A stretch of DNA of 64,000 bases from Diplonema japonicum. Its lineage: Eukaryota > Protista > Euglenozoa: Diplonemea. Shown here piece by piece: positions 31,834 through 44,714 of this stretch (its first letter is position 1; each line of letters opens with the position of its first letter). The DNA lies in the NCBI GenBank assembly GCA_964019335.1, contig OZ025732.1:248001-312000 (forward strand), read 5' to 3'. Below the pieces are notes generated by a model that saw only the letters and a list, made by a program, of their open reading frames with translations, did not search any database and had not been told where the DNA came from. A program made the position numbers and the translations under genes.

Positions 31834-33114
31834 ATGGATAATCACGCAAAGGCAAAGGCCCTGTTACTTGTCCTGGTCATAATGTGTGTGGTCCATGGGA
31901 TGCAGGTGAGGAACAACAACAACGACAGCAGCAACAGCAACCACAACCACAACCACAACCACAACAGCAACAACAACAACGACAACGACAACGCAAGACA
32001 GATGTCTCCGCCTGCCGCAGTTCCAACAGCCACAGAGCAGCCTTCCCCAACGGAACCTCAGGTCACAGTGGAGGAAGATCAGTACCAGCTGGAAGAGGAG
32101 GTCTTCGACCCGATCGAAGCAGCGAAACAATTTGGCGAAGACGCCCTGCAGGCGGTAGTCGATACACGTGACATGCTGGACCCTGACAGCAAGGTCATTC
32201 AGAACAATGTTTCAGTCGGCAGGCCGGTCTGCAGGCACATGAACGAGATATACCCGGGAAAGCTGGTAGCGGACCCTGTGTGGCATCGATGGGTGCCGGA
32301 CAACTGCGATCTTGAAATACTGAACAGAAGGGCAATGAACAGATGTTTCAAGCACCTCCGGCTGTACATGGTGACAGACTCTTTAGGGCGTGAGATGTTA
32401 ACCCACCTTGGGCTTGCGTATCGGATTTTCAACAGGCTGCCAGAGGGCGGAGATTTACGTGTAATGGATCACGCATGGAGCCCGTTCACTTCCAAGCCGT
32501 TTGGGTACCTAAACCAGAATTTATCGAGGGACAGTGGAGAGTTCTTGCGGGAGAAGGCCAACTTCCTGTTTATTTCGAACGGGTTTTGGGACGCCGGGCA
32601 TTTTTTTTGCGGGCCCGTGCACTATTACGACTATCTTCTCCTCAAGGTGAAGAGGTACTCCTCCGAAATGGCGGCTGACGGCTCCCGTGCTGTGTTGTAC
32701 AACATCCCTTATATATCTGATAAGAAGCCCTGCTACCCTGAAAGGAAGTTAGCAGTCTTCAGAGAAGCGATCCGACTGGTCGCGGCCTGTACTGGAGTTG
32801 GTATTTATGACACATTTGAAATGCAGAAGACAAACATGAAATATGCCACTGATGGGATCCATTTCCGAGGTAAAGGCTTGGCAACGAATTTGGGTGTTTT
32901 ATTGAACATGATGTGTCTGCCTGAGGGTACGAGGCTTGAGCCGTTCCACCCCAACATAACATGTTCACCTGAAGTGATTTCCGCCACGAAGGCACGGTGG
33001 GAGGCTGACGAGGTTGCCATGACACATTCTCCTGAATGCCCCAAGCTTCGCAACACCTGCTACAAAAGCCCCGAGGAATATTTGAACATGCAGCCGAAAA
33101 AAGCTGTTTCTTAG
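31834..33114 (+). CDS. SGNH/TBL-like protein, paralogue 2 (N/H-rich stem)
   Basis: TM segment, AAC/CAC low-complexity stem, YPG..W.P..C, TDS, NGFWD, DGIH. Confidence 0.8.
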   Translation: MDNHAKAKALLLVLVIMCVVHGMQVRNNNNDSSNSNHNHNHNHNSNNNNDNDNARQMSPPAAVPTATEQPSPTEPQVTVEEDQYQLEEEVFDPIEAAKQFGEDALQAVVDTRDMLDPDSKVIQNNVSVGRPVCRHMNEIYPGKLVADPVWHRWVPDNCDLEILNRRAMNRCFKHLRLYMVTDSLGREMLTHLGLAYRIFNRLPEGGDLRVMDHAWSPFTSKPFGYLNQNLSRDSGEFLREKANFLFISNGFWDAGHFFCGPVHYYDYLLLKVKRYSSEMAADGSRAVLYNIPYISDKKPCYPERKLAVFREAIRLVAACTGVGIYDTFEMQKTNMKYATDGIHFRGKGLATNLGVLLNMMCLPEGTRLEPFHPNITCSPEVISATKARWEADEVAMTHSPECPKLRNTCYKSPEEYLNMQPKKAVS

Positions 33115-33489
33115 TCTATCTATTCTTAACTCTCTCCCCGTTTTTTTTTTTTTTTTTTTTTTTGCACAAGAGAACATGGGGGGGGGGGGGGGGAGAAGAA
33201 ATAGCTAGCAGCTTTTTAGGGTTATGTTATTGTCGGGACTAAAGACTAATCGATGGCAGCGTGATGAGAAGTTCCAACCCCTAGTTTTTCTTTCTTCTTC
33301 TTCTTTTTTTTTTTATTATTATTGTCGAGACTGACCAATGGGATGATATGTCATTGATCTAGCTATGGAGGGGTTGGGGGTTTGTACTATTTTCGCATAT
33401 TTTCGCCCTGATTTGCGAAGAATGCGAAGTTTTGGGCTCAGATCTGAAAATGCGAAAATGTGCGGAAGACTGTTACTATTCGTTTCACA

Positions 33490-33632
33490 GCTATGTTGGC
33501 AAGGAAGACGCGTTTCCAAGCTTTTTTTTTTTTGAAAATATTTAAGGAAGGACGGATACAAGAATCTGAGAAGGTAAGGAAGCGGAAACGGCCCAAGAAA
33601 AGCTTAGAAACGCGTTTCCTTGCCAACATAGC
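33490..33632. mobile_element. MITE-like element with ~33-bp inverted repeats
   Basis: GCTATGTTGGCAAGGAAGACGCGTTTCCAAGCT ... AGCTTAGAAACGCGTTTCCTTGCCAACATAGC. A one-ended copy is at 18381. Confidence 0.7.
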
Positions 33633-33935
33633 ACTGGGGGGGGGGGGGGGGGGGGGGGGTTACTAATTCTTCTTCGACTAGAAAGGTTCTGTTGGAGGTG
33701 GAAGGGTGTGTTTTTTTTTTTTTTTTTATTCACTCGCTGCCCCCTTGCTGCTCCTGCTTTCATGAGCGAAGCGGGCGGAGGTTCCTTTTTATTTGCGAAG
33801 CAAGACAGTGCTATTGAAAAGAGAATCAAAAACTTTTTTCTGTTTTTCAAGGTATTAACCTAAGAATTAAAAGAAAGAAGAGGACCTCCCCCCCCTCACT
33901 CCCCCTGTACTTATTCGGAGCTGATAATCAGTTAT

Positions 33936-34828
33936 CCCCTAAAGGCCCGGACGTTTTTGTCCTTATTTCAAAATTTGCTTTTTCGCTAAGTACTTTTTTT
34001 TGAACACGGCCCCTGGACTTTAACCATCCCGGCTTTTGAGAAAATGAGCAAACCGATTCGTTGACATACAGCGCTACCTCACCTTTGACAACCTGGAAAA
34101 CATCAGTAAAGCCTGAAACTGCACCTCATGCGCAGGTTTCTTGACATCATTGTCAACCGGTGTAGGACTGTGCGGACCCCTGGCAAGTGGTTGTCTGTTG
34201 ATGACAGTGTTATCCCGACAACAATAAAAGTCATGGCACCACGAAAAAACAACTCGGTGGGCATCAAGGTAATCGCTACATGCGACTCATAAAGCGGTTA
34301 CCTGGCGAATTTCAACATTTTCAGCAAAGAAGTCCACAACACAGGACCTAGTCATGCGTACTGTCGACTCCTAAGGGTTTGCTGTCGACCCCTGACCGGC
34401 AAGACCAGCTCCAGGGGACTGGAGTTCATATGAAAACCCGGAAGTGGACCATGGTCGTTTTTTATTGGGTCCTGGAAAGCTGTGTTGCCAACCCCTCCAT
34501 AATCAAAAAGTCTCCAGACTGACCTCAATCCTAGAGTTCAGGGCACCAAATAGGGCTGAATGCTGCCCTTTTTAGCCCAGCCATAACTCCACGGACCCCC
34601 CCACGACAAGACCCCCCAAAATCGGACATAAAAAGTACCCCCTCAACCCCCCTCTTACACACAAAGTTAAGTGTTCTCATCTGAATCTGGCACCTGGAAT
34701 TGAAGATTTTAGTACCGTTTACCCTTTCCTTTGCACCTTCCTATGGTTGCATGCTGCCCTTTTTTTGAGTATTCAAAGCAACAACGAAAATGGGGGGGTA
34801 CCGTAGATAGGCTCCGGGCGTTTAGGGG
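33936..34828 (+). mobile_element. Internally deleted piggyBac (family 2) with TTAT TSD
   Basis: TIRs CCCCTAAAGGCCCGGA / CCCCTAAACGCCCGGA, with TTAT on both sides. Relics LSVDDSVIP, GIKV..CDS.SGY and RKW...F. Confidence 0.85.
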
Positions 34829-36252
34829 TTATGGATAAATTATTGGGCAGATTCCTCCCCCCCCCCCCCACCCACTCCCCGAATTCTCTTTCTATTCGTC
34901 AAAAGGCCGTTGGGTGAAGGAGTCTTCGATTAGGGTAAGGAAGAAAAAAAAGAAAAAAGAGAAAGCAGGTAACTTCACTGCAGCTCTTCTTTTCGTTTTT
35001 TTTTTTTTTTTGTGGGCCGTTGCTAAACCACTTCGTTTCCTATCATAGGGAATTTTTTTTTTTTGTTTTTGTTTTAACATTACTATTGTCGGGGCTAAAA
35101 ACTAGTTGATGGCAGCTTTTTTTTCTTTTTTTTTTTTTTTTTTGAACAAGACGGCTGGCCGTGTGCACACAACAACTCCTTTATTTTGAACACCAGCGAC
35201 GCATGGCATTTCTCAAGCCATTCAGCAGCTACATCAGGAAGGACGCTTTCATCTACCTAGGCTAACCGTAACATACCGCCGTTCGTATGCAGTACTTATC
35301 CTTCTTCACCTGCTTTTCTTTTTACTTTTTTCGCTTTTTATTCCCACTTGCAACACTATTTCAGGTACCGCCAGGCCAGGCTTATGGCAGGGATGGATAC
35401 CTAGGTTTTTTGTTCGACACCCTCGTATTTTTCTTTTTACTTTTTTTTTTTTTCGCTTTTTCTTTGTGTTCCCACTTGCAATATCATTTCAGGCCAAAAG
35501 AAAGATAATAGAATAGAATAAGAAAAAAGATTTTTTTTTCGCAACTTAGCACTTGATCTTCTTTTTTTTTTTTTTTTAAAAAGATTTTTTAGGAAGAAGA
35601 AATGGGAGTACCATCCTCAAGAACAGAATATGAGAAGAAAGAAGGAAAAGGGTATTACCGTACAATTAAGAAAAGACGACCCCCTCTCCCCCCCCTCCCT
35701 CCCCCCCTCGGGATACAGAATAGAAGAATTATAAAAAAAAATGAATTCTTTTTTTTCTTTTTTACTTTTTTTTTATTTTTCCATCCTCGATTTTTGTTTT
35801 AACAATATGGCAGCGTAATGAGCTATTTTATTAGGTAAAATTCCGCTCGTGCGCACAAACAAAGAAAATGTCAAGGGACGAGTTCGAACTAGGGAAGGTT
35901 AAGTGGGCGGACGCCGAGACATCGACATGTCCTCCTAATTCCGCTCGTGCGCACAAACAAATGGAGCGCCAAACTAGTTTTTTTGACCGGCTTTTTTTTT
36001 GTTTTGTTTTGTTTTTTTGTTTTTAAAAATATTATTGTCGAGACTAAAAACTAGTTGATGGCAGCCGTAATGAGCTATTTTATTAGGTAAAGATTCCGCT
36101 CGTGCCGCACAAGCAAATGAAGCGCCAAACTAGTTTTTCTCTCCCCATTACAATTACAATGTCGGAGGAAAGGCCCCCCCCCCACCCCTCATTTTTATGG
36201 ACATGGTTCGAATACAAGGAGCAAGGGTCCTTTGATATCCTCCCAGAAGAAA

Positions 36253-36285
<33 letters not shown>

Positions 36286-37608
36286 GTGATGATTTTTCTT
36301 GGGTGAGCACACACCCGCACACACCGGGATTTTTATCAGGACCTTCTTTCCTCCTCAGCTCCATGTTCTTCGGGGTTCCCCCCCCCCCCCCCCCCTCCCA
36401 CTCGTAGCCACCGTTAGCTCCATCCCCTACTAGGTTTTACCTAAGATTGAGCGAGGGGCTGAAAGGTTCGGTGGTTCATGTTCCTCTTTGGCCTGGTCGG
36501 CGGTGGTTGGAGTCAGCCCATCAGAAGTCTTTTTTACGGGCGATAGATTGAGACTCTTCGCGTACCTGCCACATACCGCAGGTACCCTTAAGTGTCTCTT
36601 TTTTTTTTTTTTTTTTTGTGCTTTGTGTTAATTCTTTTTTTAATTAAGATAATGGGCAGGGAGAACTTGCTTTGTTGTAATTCTCAGGAGAAAAGAAGAA
36701 GAATAGAAGGAAAGAAAGCTCATTGAACTGCACATAACTCTCCCATACCTCTCCTCCCCGGCTTATCAGGGATCATCAATCAGAATTTCAAGCGTCAAGG
36801 CATTGCAGGATTTTCGGTTTTTTTTTATTTTTTTTTTTTATTTGAAAGACTTCCTGAATATTCTTTTATTTTTATTAAGGCAGAAAAACTGGCTCGTGTT
36901 CCTACGCCAGAACTAGTTATCTTTCTTTGCTTTTTTTTTTTGGAGAAGGAGACACCTCGGAGGCGGAGCTGGCCATTGGCTTTCGAATGGAAGACCGGTA
37001 GGTCATTGAGATTCCCAGCAGAGGAAAAAAGCAGTGTCTCAGATGCAATACCATATTATTTCTTTTCGTTTTTTTATTTTATTATTTTCTCCAATATATA
37101 TATATCGTCCAAAGGAAGGAAAGAAACAGGCCACGCAAAAGGCTCCGTCACGGCAGCGGGACGGATGAACGGTATTTCATTCTGAAAGATATGGACTTTC
37201 TTTGTGAATAATCCATCCCCTTTAAAGGACTGACTCGCTACCCCCCCCCCCCCCCCCATCGTTTTTTTTTCTCCTTTTTGTATTCTGTTCCCGAACACGA
37301 AAGAAAAGAAGAAGAAAGAAGAACTGGTTTCCCCCCCCCCTCTTTTTTTTTGCTTAACTAATAAGTATTTTAAAAAGAAAAGGAATCTTTCCGAAGAAGA
37401 GAAGAAAGATAAAAAGAAAAAAAAAGGTTTTTTTTTTCTTTTTTTTTTTTTTTTGTTAAAGACCAGCTCTCTAAGAAAGAAAAGTACCAAAAGAAGAATG
37501 AAAAAAAAAAAGAAAAGAAAAAGAAGAAAATCATCCCCCCCCTTAATATTTTTTTTTTACAAAACACCTTTCAAGTACACACAAAGAAGAACAGTACACT
37601 TAACCAAG

Positions 37609-38526
37609 ATGGACTCGCCACACGAGGCCACGGTGCGAAAGTGCTTTGAGACCATGCAAAGGATGTTTTGCAGCTTCCAGACTAGTGTTCCAGATAGCGC
37701 CCACCATGAAGTAAATGTTGTGGGCATGAGAGAGTGCACAGACGGGTGGATTGTCATCACTCAGTGGGTAGCAGAGAACTGCAACAAAACAGATATTTTA
37801 GAATTAGGCACGTCAAAAAAAGAAGGACTAGTGTGCTGGCGTGGACTCTGCTTCGTGAAGGGCGAACGAGTGAGCATACAGTCGATCTCTCGTATGACCA
37901 GAATCAGCCCTCCTGAAGAATGTGGAGCCAGTCATAACACCATTCTGGAGCTAGCCTACCAACGAGCATTTCTGTCAGTGCTCCACTTGGGAGACCGCCA
38001 AGCAACCTCTGCAACCTTAGTGGGGCTTGGGTCTGGGTCTTTATCTTTCGTGATTTCATCGCTCCTGCCATCTCTGTCACTCACAGTTGTGGAGATAGAC
38101 CCAGTCGTGGTTGAAGCAGCAGAAGTATTTTTCGGCTACCCGCCTTCTCCTTCCGTGGTCACACTGCAACAGGATTTCTTTTCAAAATCGTGTTCTGCTG
38201 GGGTTTCCGATATTCTCATTCTGGATGCTTTTACGCCTTCTGGTGCCCCGTACAGTACTCCTGCATCGGCGGTGCCGCTTCTGCTGTCTCATCTGAAGCC
38301 GGACGCGGTGTTGGCCATCAATGTTGTGTCCTCCATCCATGATGTTTCGGAGTGGGCGGCCGCTCTGTCAAGCACCCCTTGGCGGCACCATGTGGTCTTT
38401 ACCACCGTTGAGGGGCAGGCGGTTATTGTTGCATACATCAGGTTAAAGAGCAGGCAGCAGGTTGCCCACGCCCTTGAACAGGGAGGGAGGCAGAGCCTGG
38501 TCGCGGGGATATCGGCGGTTAATTAA
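37609..38526 (+). CDS. Class I SAM-dependent methyltransferase (spermidine-synthase/METTL13 C-terminal-like)
   Basis: LVGLGSGSL, VVEIDPVVVEAA..FFG, DILILDAF, L..D.VLAIN. Confidence 0.8.
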   Translation: MDSPHEATVRKCFETMQRMFCSFQTSVPDSAHHEVNVVGMRECTDGWIVITQWVAENCNKTDILELGTSKKEGLVCWRGLCFVKGERVSIQSISRMTRISPPEECGASHNTILELAYQRAFLSVLHLGDRQATSATLVGLGSGSLSFVISSLLPSLSLTVVEIDPVVVEAAEVFFGYPPSPSVVTLQQDFFSKSCSAGVSDILILDAFTPSGAPYSTPASAVPLLLSHLKPDAVLAINVVSSIHDVSEWAAALSSTPWRHHVVFTTVEGQAVIVAYIRLKSRQQVAHALEQGGRQSLVAGISAVN

Positions 38527-38881
38527 AAGGAACGAGTGAGAAAAGGTTTTCTCTTCTTTTTAGCTACAGGAGTTGAAAGGTACACACAACCGCGTGTCGA
38601 ACTACGAAAAGCCTTAAATGCGACAATAGGAACGAAGGCTATGCTTTAATAGATAGGAACTCAGACAGTGGAATTGTCTTTTACTATGAGTTTCTTTTCT
38701 TTTTTTTTTTTTTTTCTTTTTTACACTTCGGGCTTTTTTTTTTATTTTTTTTTTTTTCAAGAGTAAAATGTTATTTTTTTTTGTTTTTATAAAAGGTCAG
38801 ACCCCCACCCCCCCCTGTTTGCAGGAAGAAAAGAAGAAAATGCCCATTTAGAAAAAAGAAAAAGAAGAAAAATAGGAAACG

Positions 38882-39934
38882 ATGAGCATTTTGCGGACCA
38901 GGTTTTTGTACGTGCTTGTGGCAGTGCTTATAGTTGACAGGTTGATGCTGTTTAGGTCGCAGCAGGCACGGGATCACGCAAGCTGGCTGAGGTCGCAGGG
39001 CGACACAAGCGGGAAGATGGGTGGGGACGAGCAGAAACCTGCAGCATGCAAGGGCATCGAGGATATCTACCCAGGCAAGCTCGTAGGAGACAGGTGGGAA
39101 CCAGACAGATGCGAGCTCGGCAAGCGCAGACCGGAGGAGGTTCTCACATGCATGGCTAGTAATGGGGTGTACTTTGTCACCGACTCACTGGGAAGGAACA
39201 TCTTAGATAGTTACACCAGCTTATTCGACACATTGTGGAACGAGTCGGGCGGCGTTCCCGACCACGAGCGGCCGGAGATAGCCACAATGAGCTGGAACCC
39301 CGCCACCTCCTATAAGTACGGCTTCAAGGCGGATTACGGACGGAAGATTACAAGACGCTTTCTTCAAAACACCGCCACCCTGACCGTCATGTCAAATGGT
39401 GTTTGGGATATCGGTGTCACATCATGCGGCCCTGCGCACTATTTTGATTATCTCACGTTGAAGGTTAAGAGGTACAAGGCAGAGATGCGAAGTTTTGGGG
39501 AGATGCTTCTCTTGAACATTCCGTTTATACATCACAAAGAGAGCAAGAAGGACTGGGGGATTCTGTGCAACCCGGGGCCTCGTGTGGCAGCGTACAGAGA
39601 AGCTCTAAAACTGGTCTCCGCGTGCACTGGTGTGGGCATCCTTGACACATATCAAATGCAGAAGCAGTATCCGAACGAAACATATGATGGGATTCACATA
39701 ACTGATAGAGGCAATAGTGCTATTGTAGGGATCATCCTTGACATGTTGTGCGGGATGGAAGGAGACCGGTTGAGGCCTTATCACCCGGAGCTGTCCTGCA
39801 CTGAAGAAGCGGTTTCGAAAGCCAAGGCGCGGTGGACTAAGGTGCAAGGCGCTTCAGGCCCGCCCCCAGGGTGTCCTGTCGGACGGTATTCGTGCTTCGA
39901 GAGTGCTGAGGATTTCTTTAACAGTGGCACGTGA
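38882..39934 (+). CDS. SGNH/TBL-like protein, paralogue 3
   Basis: TM segment, YPG..W.P..C, TDS, NGVWD, DGIH. Confidence 0.8.
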   Translation: MSILRTRFLYVLVAVLIVDRLMLFRSQQARDHASWLRSQGDTSGKMGGDEQKPAACKGIEDIYPGKLVGDRWEPDRCELGKRRPEEVLTCMASNGVYFVTDSLGRNILDSYTSLFDTLWNESGGVPDHERPEIATMSWNPATSYKYGFKADYGRKITRRFLQNTATLTVMSNGVWDIGVTSCGPAHYFDYLTLKVKRYKAEMRSFGEMLLLNIPFIHHKESKKDWGILCNPGPRVAAYREALKLVSACTGVGILDTYQMQKQYPNETYDGIHITDRGNSAIVGIILDMLCGMEGDRLRPYHPELSCTEEAVSKAKARWTKVQGASGPPPGCPVGRYSCFESAEDFFNSGT

Positions 39935-41303
39935 CAGAATGGAAGAAATATCATTTTCTCTTTTTTTTCTTGTGCCGAGCTTTTTTTTTTTTTTTTTTCT
40001 TTAAAGGATTATTTACAAAAAAAAAAAAAAAAATAAATAAAAGGAGAGAAAAAAAAAAAGAAAAAGAGAAGAAGAAAAAGAAAAGACTGGTTTTTGATGG
40101 TACCAGTAGTAGTTAGTGTTAGTTTTAGGTAAACAATACCTCTCTCGTGAAGGGCACAAACACTAGTTTTCCTTTTTTTTTTTTTTTTTTTTTTTTTCCC
40201 CTTCTTTTTTTCTCTCTTTTTTTTTTTAGAGGCAACATGACATTCTTCTTTGTTTGTCCTCCCCCCCCCCCACTCTCCTACTCGAGCGAGACCAAATGGA
40301 AAAAAGAAAAGCACCGAGGTTTTTTTTTTTACCATATTTTCTTTTTGTTATAGCTTCCCCCTTCTTCCCCCACCCACACACACGATGAAGTCTTAGAGCC
40401 TGGCCGCTATTGTTTCGCATCCAGAAGAAAGAGAAGAAGAAAGCGCAGTCTCTCTTGCGAAGGCGCGTTGGAGACCGAACCAGGTGACCCTGTCGGCTCA
40501 TATTCGTGTTTTGAGGCGCGCTGAGGGTTTTTCTTTTAACAGTAGTTGCTGATTGATCATCACCCCTCCCCCCCTCCCCCCTCCCTCCCCCTTCGATGAT
40601 GGGATCTACATTGACACTTGCACAGAAAAACCTATTCGTGTTTTGAGATACACGTATGCCAAAACGAAGCACTAGCCTATGGATAGAGAAAGGAAAGAAG
40701 AAGAAAAGGAAGGGGTTTCTTTTACAAGGAAGACCCCGTGAAGCAGCATAAGCCTTTGGCTTGTCTGAAGTAGTCCATCCTTGAACCTGTATCACCTCCG
40801 TTGCCATTCTTTTTGTTGTATTGGAAAGGACGCAGCTATTCTTTTTCTTTTTCTCTTCCACTTTTCTTTTTTTTTTCACCGGTCCCGGGACCTCCCCGCA
40901 ACAATACATCCTGAAAGTAGTGACAGTCCGTGACGCCAGAGCAGCGGAAGAAGGCAAGAGAGTGCTCACCTCCAGCCCTTGGGATAAGGTAACTACAGGA
41001 TAGATCCCCTCGATAACGAAGGCCTGCTCGCATCTAGGAATGCTCGGCACGATGTGGAAGGTCAGCCTTCCCCCGCCAACGCAGGTCCATCTCATCGCGA
41101 CAAACAGCCACCGCAGGCACCAGACAGCAACCGCAGAACGGTGACCGGTTAGTAGTGAATTTCTTCCTGCACACTGAGGTTTTATCGAGTTTTTTTCTTG
41201 TTGGCTTACTTTCCCCTTGCCCTTCATTTTGGTCTTTTTTTTTTTTTTTTTTTTTCCGTCCCCAGAATCTCTAAAAGGAAAGTGACCGATTTTTCCCCCC
41301 GTG

Positions 41304-41347
<44 letters not shown>

Positions 41348-42257
41348 TGAACAAGAAGAACAACATGAACTCGTCCGGAAGAAAATGTCAACAAATGACC
41401 CTCTTTTGCAACGGAAAGTCCTCGGAAGGTTTCTAAGTACAAAAGTAGCCCGACACCACTTTGTGTGCAGAATTGCAGTCTAATTGTGTTCGCCATATAG
41501 GTCACAATGCGCGCCGTTTGTTTCATTTCTAAGACGCGCGTGCAGAAATATGCTTTTTAGAATGGTCTTTTTTATTTTTTGGCATTCGGAAATTGTAAAT
41601 GACCCAGGCTCCATATTTCTTTTTGTTTTCTTCAATAGAAAGCGAGAAGAAACGGACGCAGTTGGGAAATCTGTGAAACTTAAGGGGTCATTCTGGGTGG
41701 TTTGGGGGAAAATACTGCCATTTTGGCCTATTTTAGGCTAAAGCCCCTTAAGGGCTCTTTAAAAGCAAACTTCTCAAATTTATAATTTGTCATGAGTAAG
41801 AAAAAGAATGACAAACCTCAGCAGATGGGTAGAGAATGCATGTTTGGCCCCAAAGATACCGATGTTGAGCAGGCAAGTGTTAAGAATTGGGTTTTCAGGA
41901 AAATGGGCCTTTTAGGCCAGTTCCCGTTAAGAACCCCTCGAAAAAGCAAGAAATAGGGCTAAAAAAACCGGTTTTTGGGGGGCTATGCAACGCCATAAGT
42001 TTTTCGCTAAGTACTTTTAACAGTAACCCGACCCAGGGGTCACAAAGGTGTGTGTTCACCACTTTTATGCACCCTAGGTGCATTTCAAGCTTTTAAACTG
42101 CATTTTAAACATTTTTCGTCGTTTTTCTGACCTCTGTTTTTCGCTTCCCGGGGGGCAGCCGTTGCAAAGCCTGCCACCCTCATGGCAAAACAAGCATCGC
42201 AATTGAAAGAACGGTGTCATGTACACCATATGTCATCTTCCTATGGTTGCATGCTGC

Positions 42258-43059
42258 GCCAACCAAGAGCAACTACTTGTGACTGCGCACAACGCACTGC
42301 CTGAGTCCGAGCGTCTCTGGCTGTCTCACGAGTGGCACTCGGGACTGAACACTCCGGTGCAGCAACAGTGGTGGTCGGTGTTCTTCGCCAGGGTGGATGG
42401 AAGCACCCGCTCTTTGGCTCCGAGACCCCAGGAGGCGATAAAGCTAGAAGGGTTCGGGACAAGTCCTACTCGACCGTGGCAGCCCTGCTCGCTGACTTTG
42501 TAGGGGCCGGGACCCTCTATTACAACGAGTCGCAGTGGTCGACTGTCCTGCATTCCTACAACTAGGAACAATCGGAAACAACCCTACACAATGTAGGAGT
42601 GCCGGCCCGGCGTGCTACGAGGGCGATAGGCTATGCGAGGTTTCACAGACCTCGCACCCTATTATTTAGTGTCCACCCTTTCCATTTTCTTTCCAATTTT
42701 AAACTTTTTATTACCCTTTCTGCTTTTCCCTTTCCCTACATGTTTTCGGTCCCGGGTATGACGTTAAACTGCGCCCGCCGACGCGTTTGAACCAGCACTT
42801 CCTGGCGACCAGGCCGTCTTTTCTCTTTTCCTTCTTCACTTCGTTCCGTTATTTTCATTATTCTTTCCGGCGATAGACTGATACGGGCCATGGAAGCAAC
42901 CTCTGCTTAATTCCTGGTACGTGGGAGGCTCCTCTTGAGGATGTCAGTCACCTTTTTCCTTCTTTATTCGACTCTCTGTTTTCGTATGCAGTATTTTTTC
43001 TTTTCCACCCCTTTTTATCTATTTTTTTCGCTTCTCTATTCTAACTTAAAATCATTTCA
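42258..43059 (+). mobile_element. 5'-truncated, internally deleted family B PLE copy
   Basis: Homologous to 27308-28509. GCTGC is duplicated at 42253-42257 and 43060-43064. Confidence 0.85.
42876..42949 (+). ncRNA. Conserved pseudoknot RNA motif (B-type), copy 2
   Basis: 100% identical to 28326-28399 despite diverged flanks. Confidence 0.75.
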
Positions 43060-43798
43060 GCTGCCCTTTTTTTGCTCAAATAATCAAAACAAGAAGTTTT
43101 CGGAGGTGCCCAAAAAGGTGTTGACATTTTTTTTTCGGACGAGCTCATATATTTATAATGAATTGTTAGTGCTAAGAAAAGAGTAGCAGCATTGTTGGGG
43201 CTTATCCTTCTACAGGTTAACCCCCCGGCTGTGCATAACAACTATCAGCCAACTCTTTTTTTTTTATTGAGTCGGCTGGCTAAGGGGGGCTTGGCGATTC
43301 AAAAGAAGGAGAATGAAATAGGAAGAAAGGAGAATCAAGAAGGAAGGTACTTCCTAATGACCCTCGACGGTGTTACTTCTCTGCCATTCATGTCGATTGG
43401 CTGTGGGATAGATCTGCGGGCTAATGAAAGGTCAGGGGAGAAAGAATAAAGGGGATTGATCATGTACCACGCGTCCACCTAAGAAAAAGAAGAAACAAAA
43501 AAGATAAATAAGATTGAAGAAAAGGGTCCCGTTTCTGCTTTTTTATTGCTCCCTCGGAGAAGTAACTGGATGGTTCTCTTTCTTTTCTTTCTTTTTCAGG
43601 TGGAAGGTCCTTTTTTTTTTTTTTTAAACAATTATATTGACAGTGAATTGTAATTGCTAAAGGGAGGGGTAGTGGGTAGCATTGTTGGGCTGCTGTGCAT
43701 ACATTTCTTTTGTGTTATTCTTCACTTCTCTTGTGGGGTTAAAGGGCTTTATCTGTTAAAACAAAGAAAAAAAAGTTTTTTATTTTAAAAAAAGGAAG

Positions 43799-44714
43799 AT
43801 GTTGAGGTACGTGCTTGCTGCTTGCGTTGCCACCACAATGGTATGGGGGGGGGAGGGGAGGGTAAGGGGAAAAGAAGGTGAAGACACTAACAATATCCCC
43901 ACAGGCACAGGACTGTTCTCTGCTTACGAGAGGTTTTGGATCGTGTCCACTGGGTCAAGGGTTGGTAGATCTCGAGACTTTGATCAGCTGCAGAAGTGAG
44001 ATCTGTGACAACCTTATCGACACTTGGGATTTGGCACACGGGAGCGACATGACCAAGAAGATAACAGGGTCTGGCTACGGCTGCCACATCACTGACTGGG
44101 ATGGGATGGATGTGGGTGACGTGATTTGCGGTCCCAGCTCGCCCACCCCGCCGACCCCCCCTGCGCCCACCCCTCCACCCGCCCCTGCGAACTGCTGGAA
44201 TCTTGTGAACGGGACAGGGTCATGCCCTGCAGGTATGCAGCCGGCTGACCTTGCGACACTGACAAGGTGCCAGGACAAGGTGTGCTCGGACATGTTGGGG
44301 AGCTACGGGGAGGCGCACGGGAACGACACGGCGTGGAAGCTCCTGGGGAGTGGCTTCGGATGCGAGATTTCGCCGTGGCACGGGGAGGAGGTCTCCACCG
44401 TGATCTGCATGCCAGGAGAGGCCCCTCCCTCCCCTCCTCCCTCTCCTCCCACTCCTCCCAGTCCAACACTCCCCACTCTCTGCGACGGGGTCAGGGTTCG
44501 GAGCAGGTTCTGCCCAACAGGTGAAGAGCCTGTGAGTCGGGAGGTGGTGAGTCAGTGCTCCCAGATGATCTGCGACAGCATGGGGTTCCACAACACCACA
44601 CGTGGACTGGAGAACAACTTCAAGCTCATGGGGAACGCCTTCGGCTGCAGGCTGGAGCCCTGGGTGAACGCAAGCATCGACCTCATCACCTGTTCTCCCT
44701 CTCAGGGGCTCTGA
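43799..44714 (+). CDS. Secreted Cys-rich protein, 3 APT-like domains (exon 1 43799-43840, intron 43841-43904)
   Basis: Signal peptide MLRYVLAACVATTM spliced via GTATGG...CACAG in frame to AQDC. Six-Cys repeats with Pro linkers. Confidence 0.85.

Larger units (their letters stand above)
41530..43145. mobile_element. piggyBac-related relic split by a family B insertion
   Basis: TTTTTCGCTAAGTACTTTT (cf. 33980) and CTTCCTATGGTTGCATGCTGC|CCTTTTT (cf. 34737) are shared with piggyBac family 2. Boundaries are approximate. Confidence 0.5.

Noticed and set aside
34892-37560. Numerous poly-K/poly-F ORFs (also 39931-41741 and 58346-59859, including the 333-aa ORF at 40226)
   Set aside because: Artefacts of A/T homopolymer tracts, with no domain signal.
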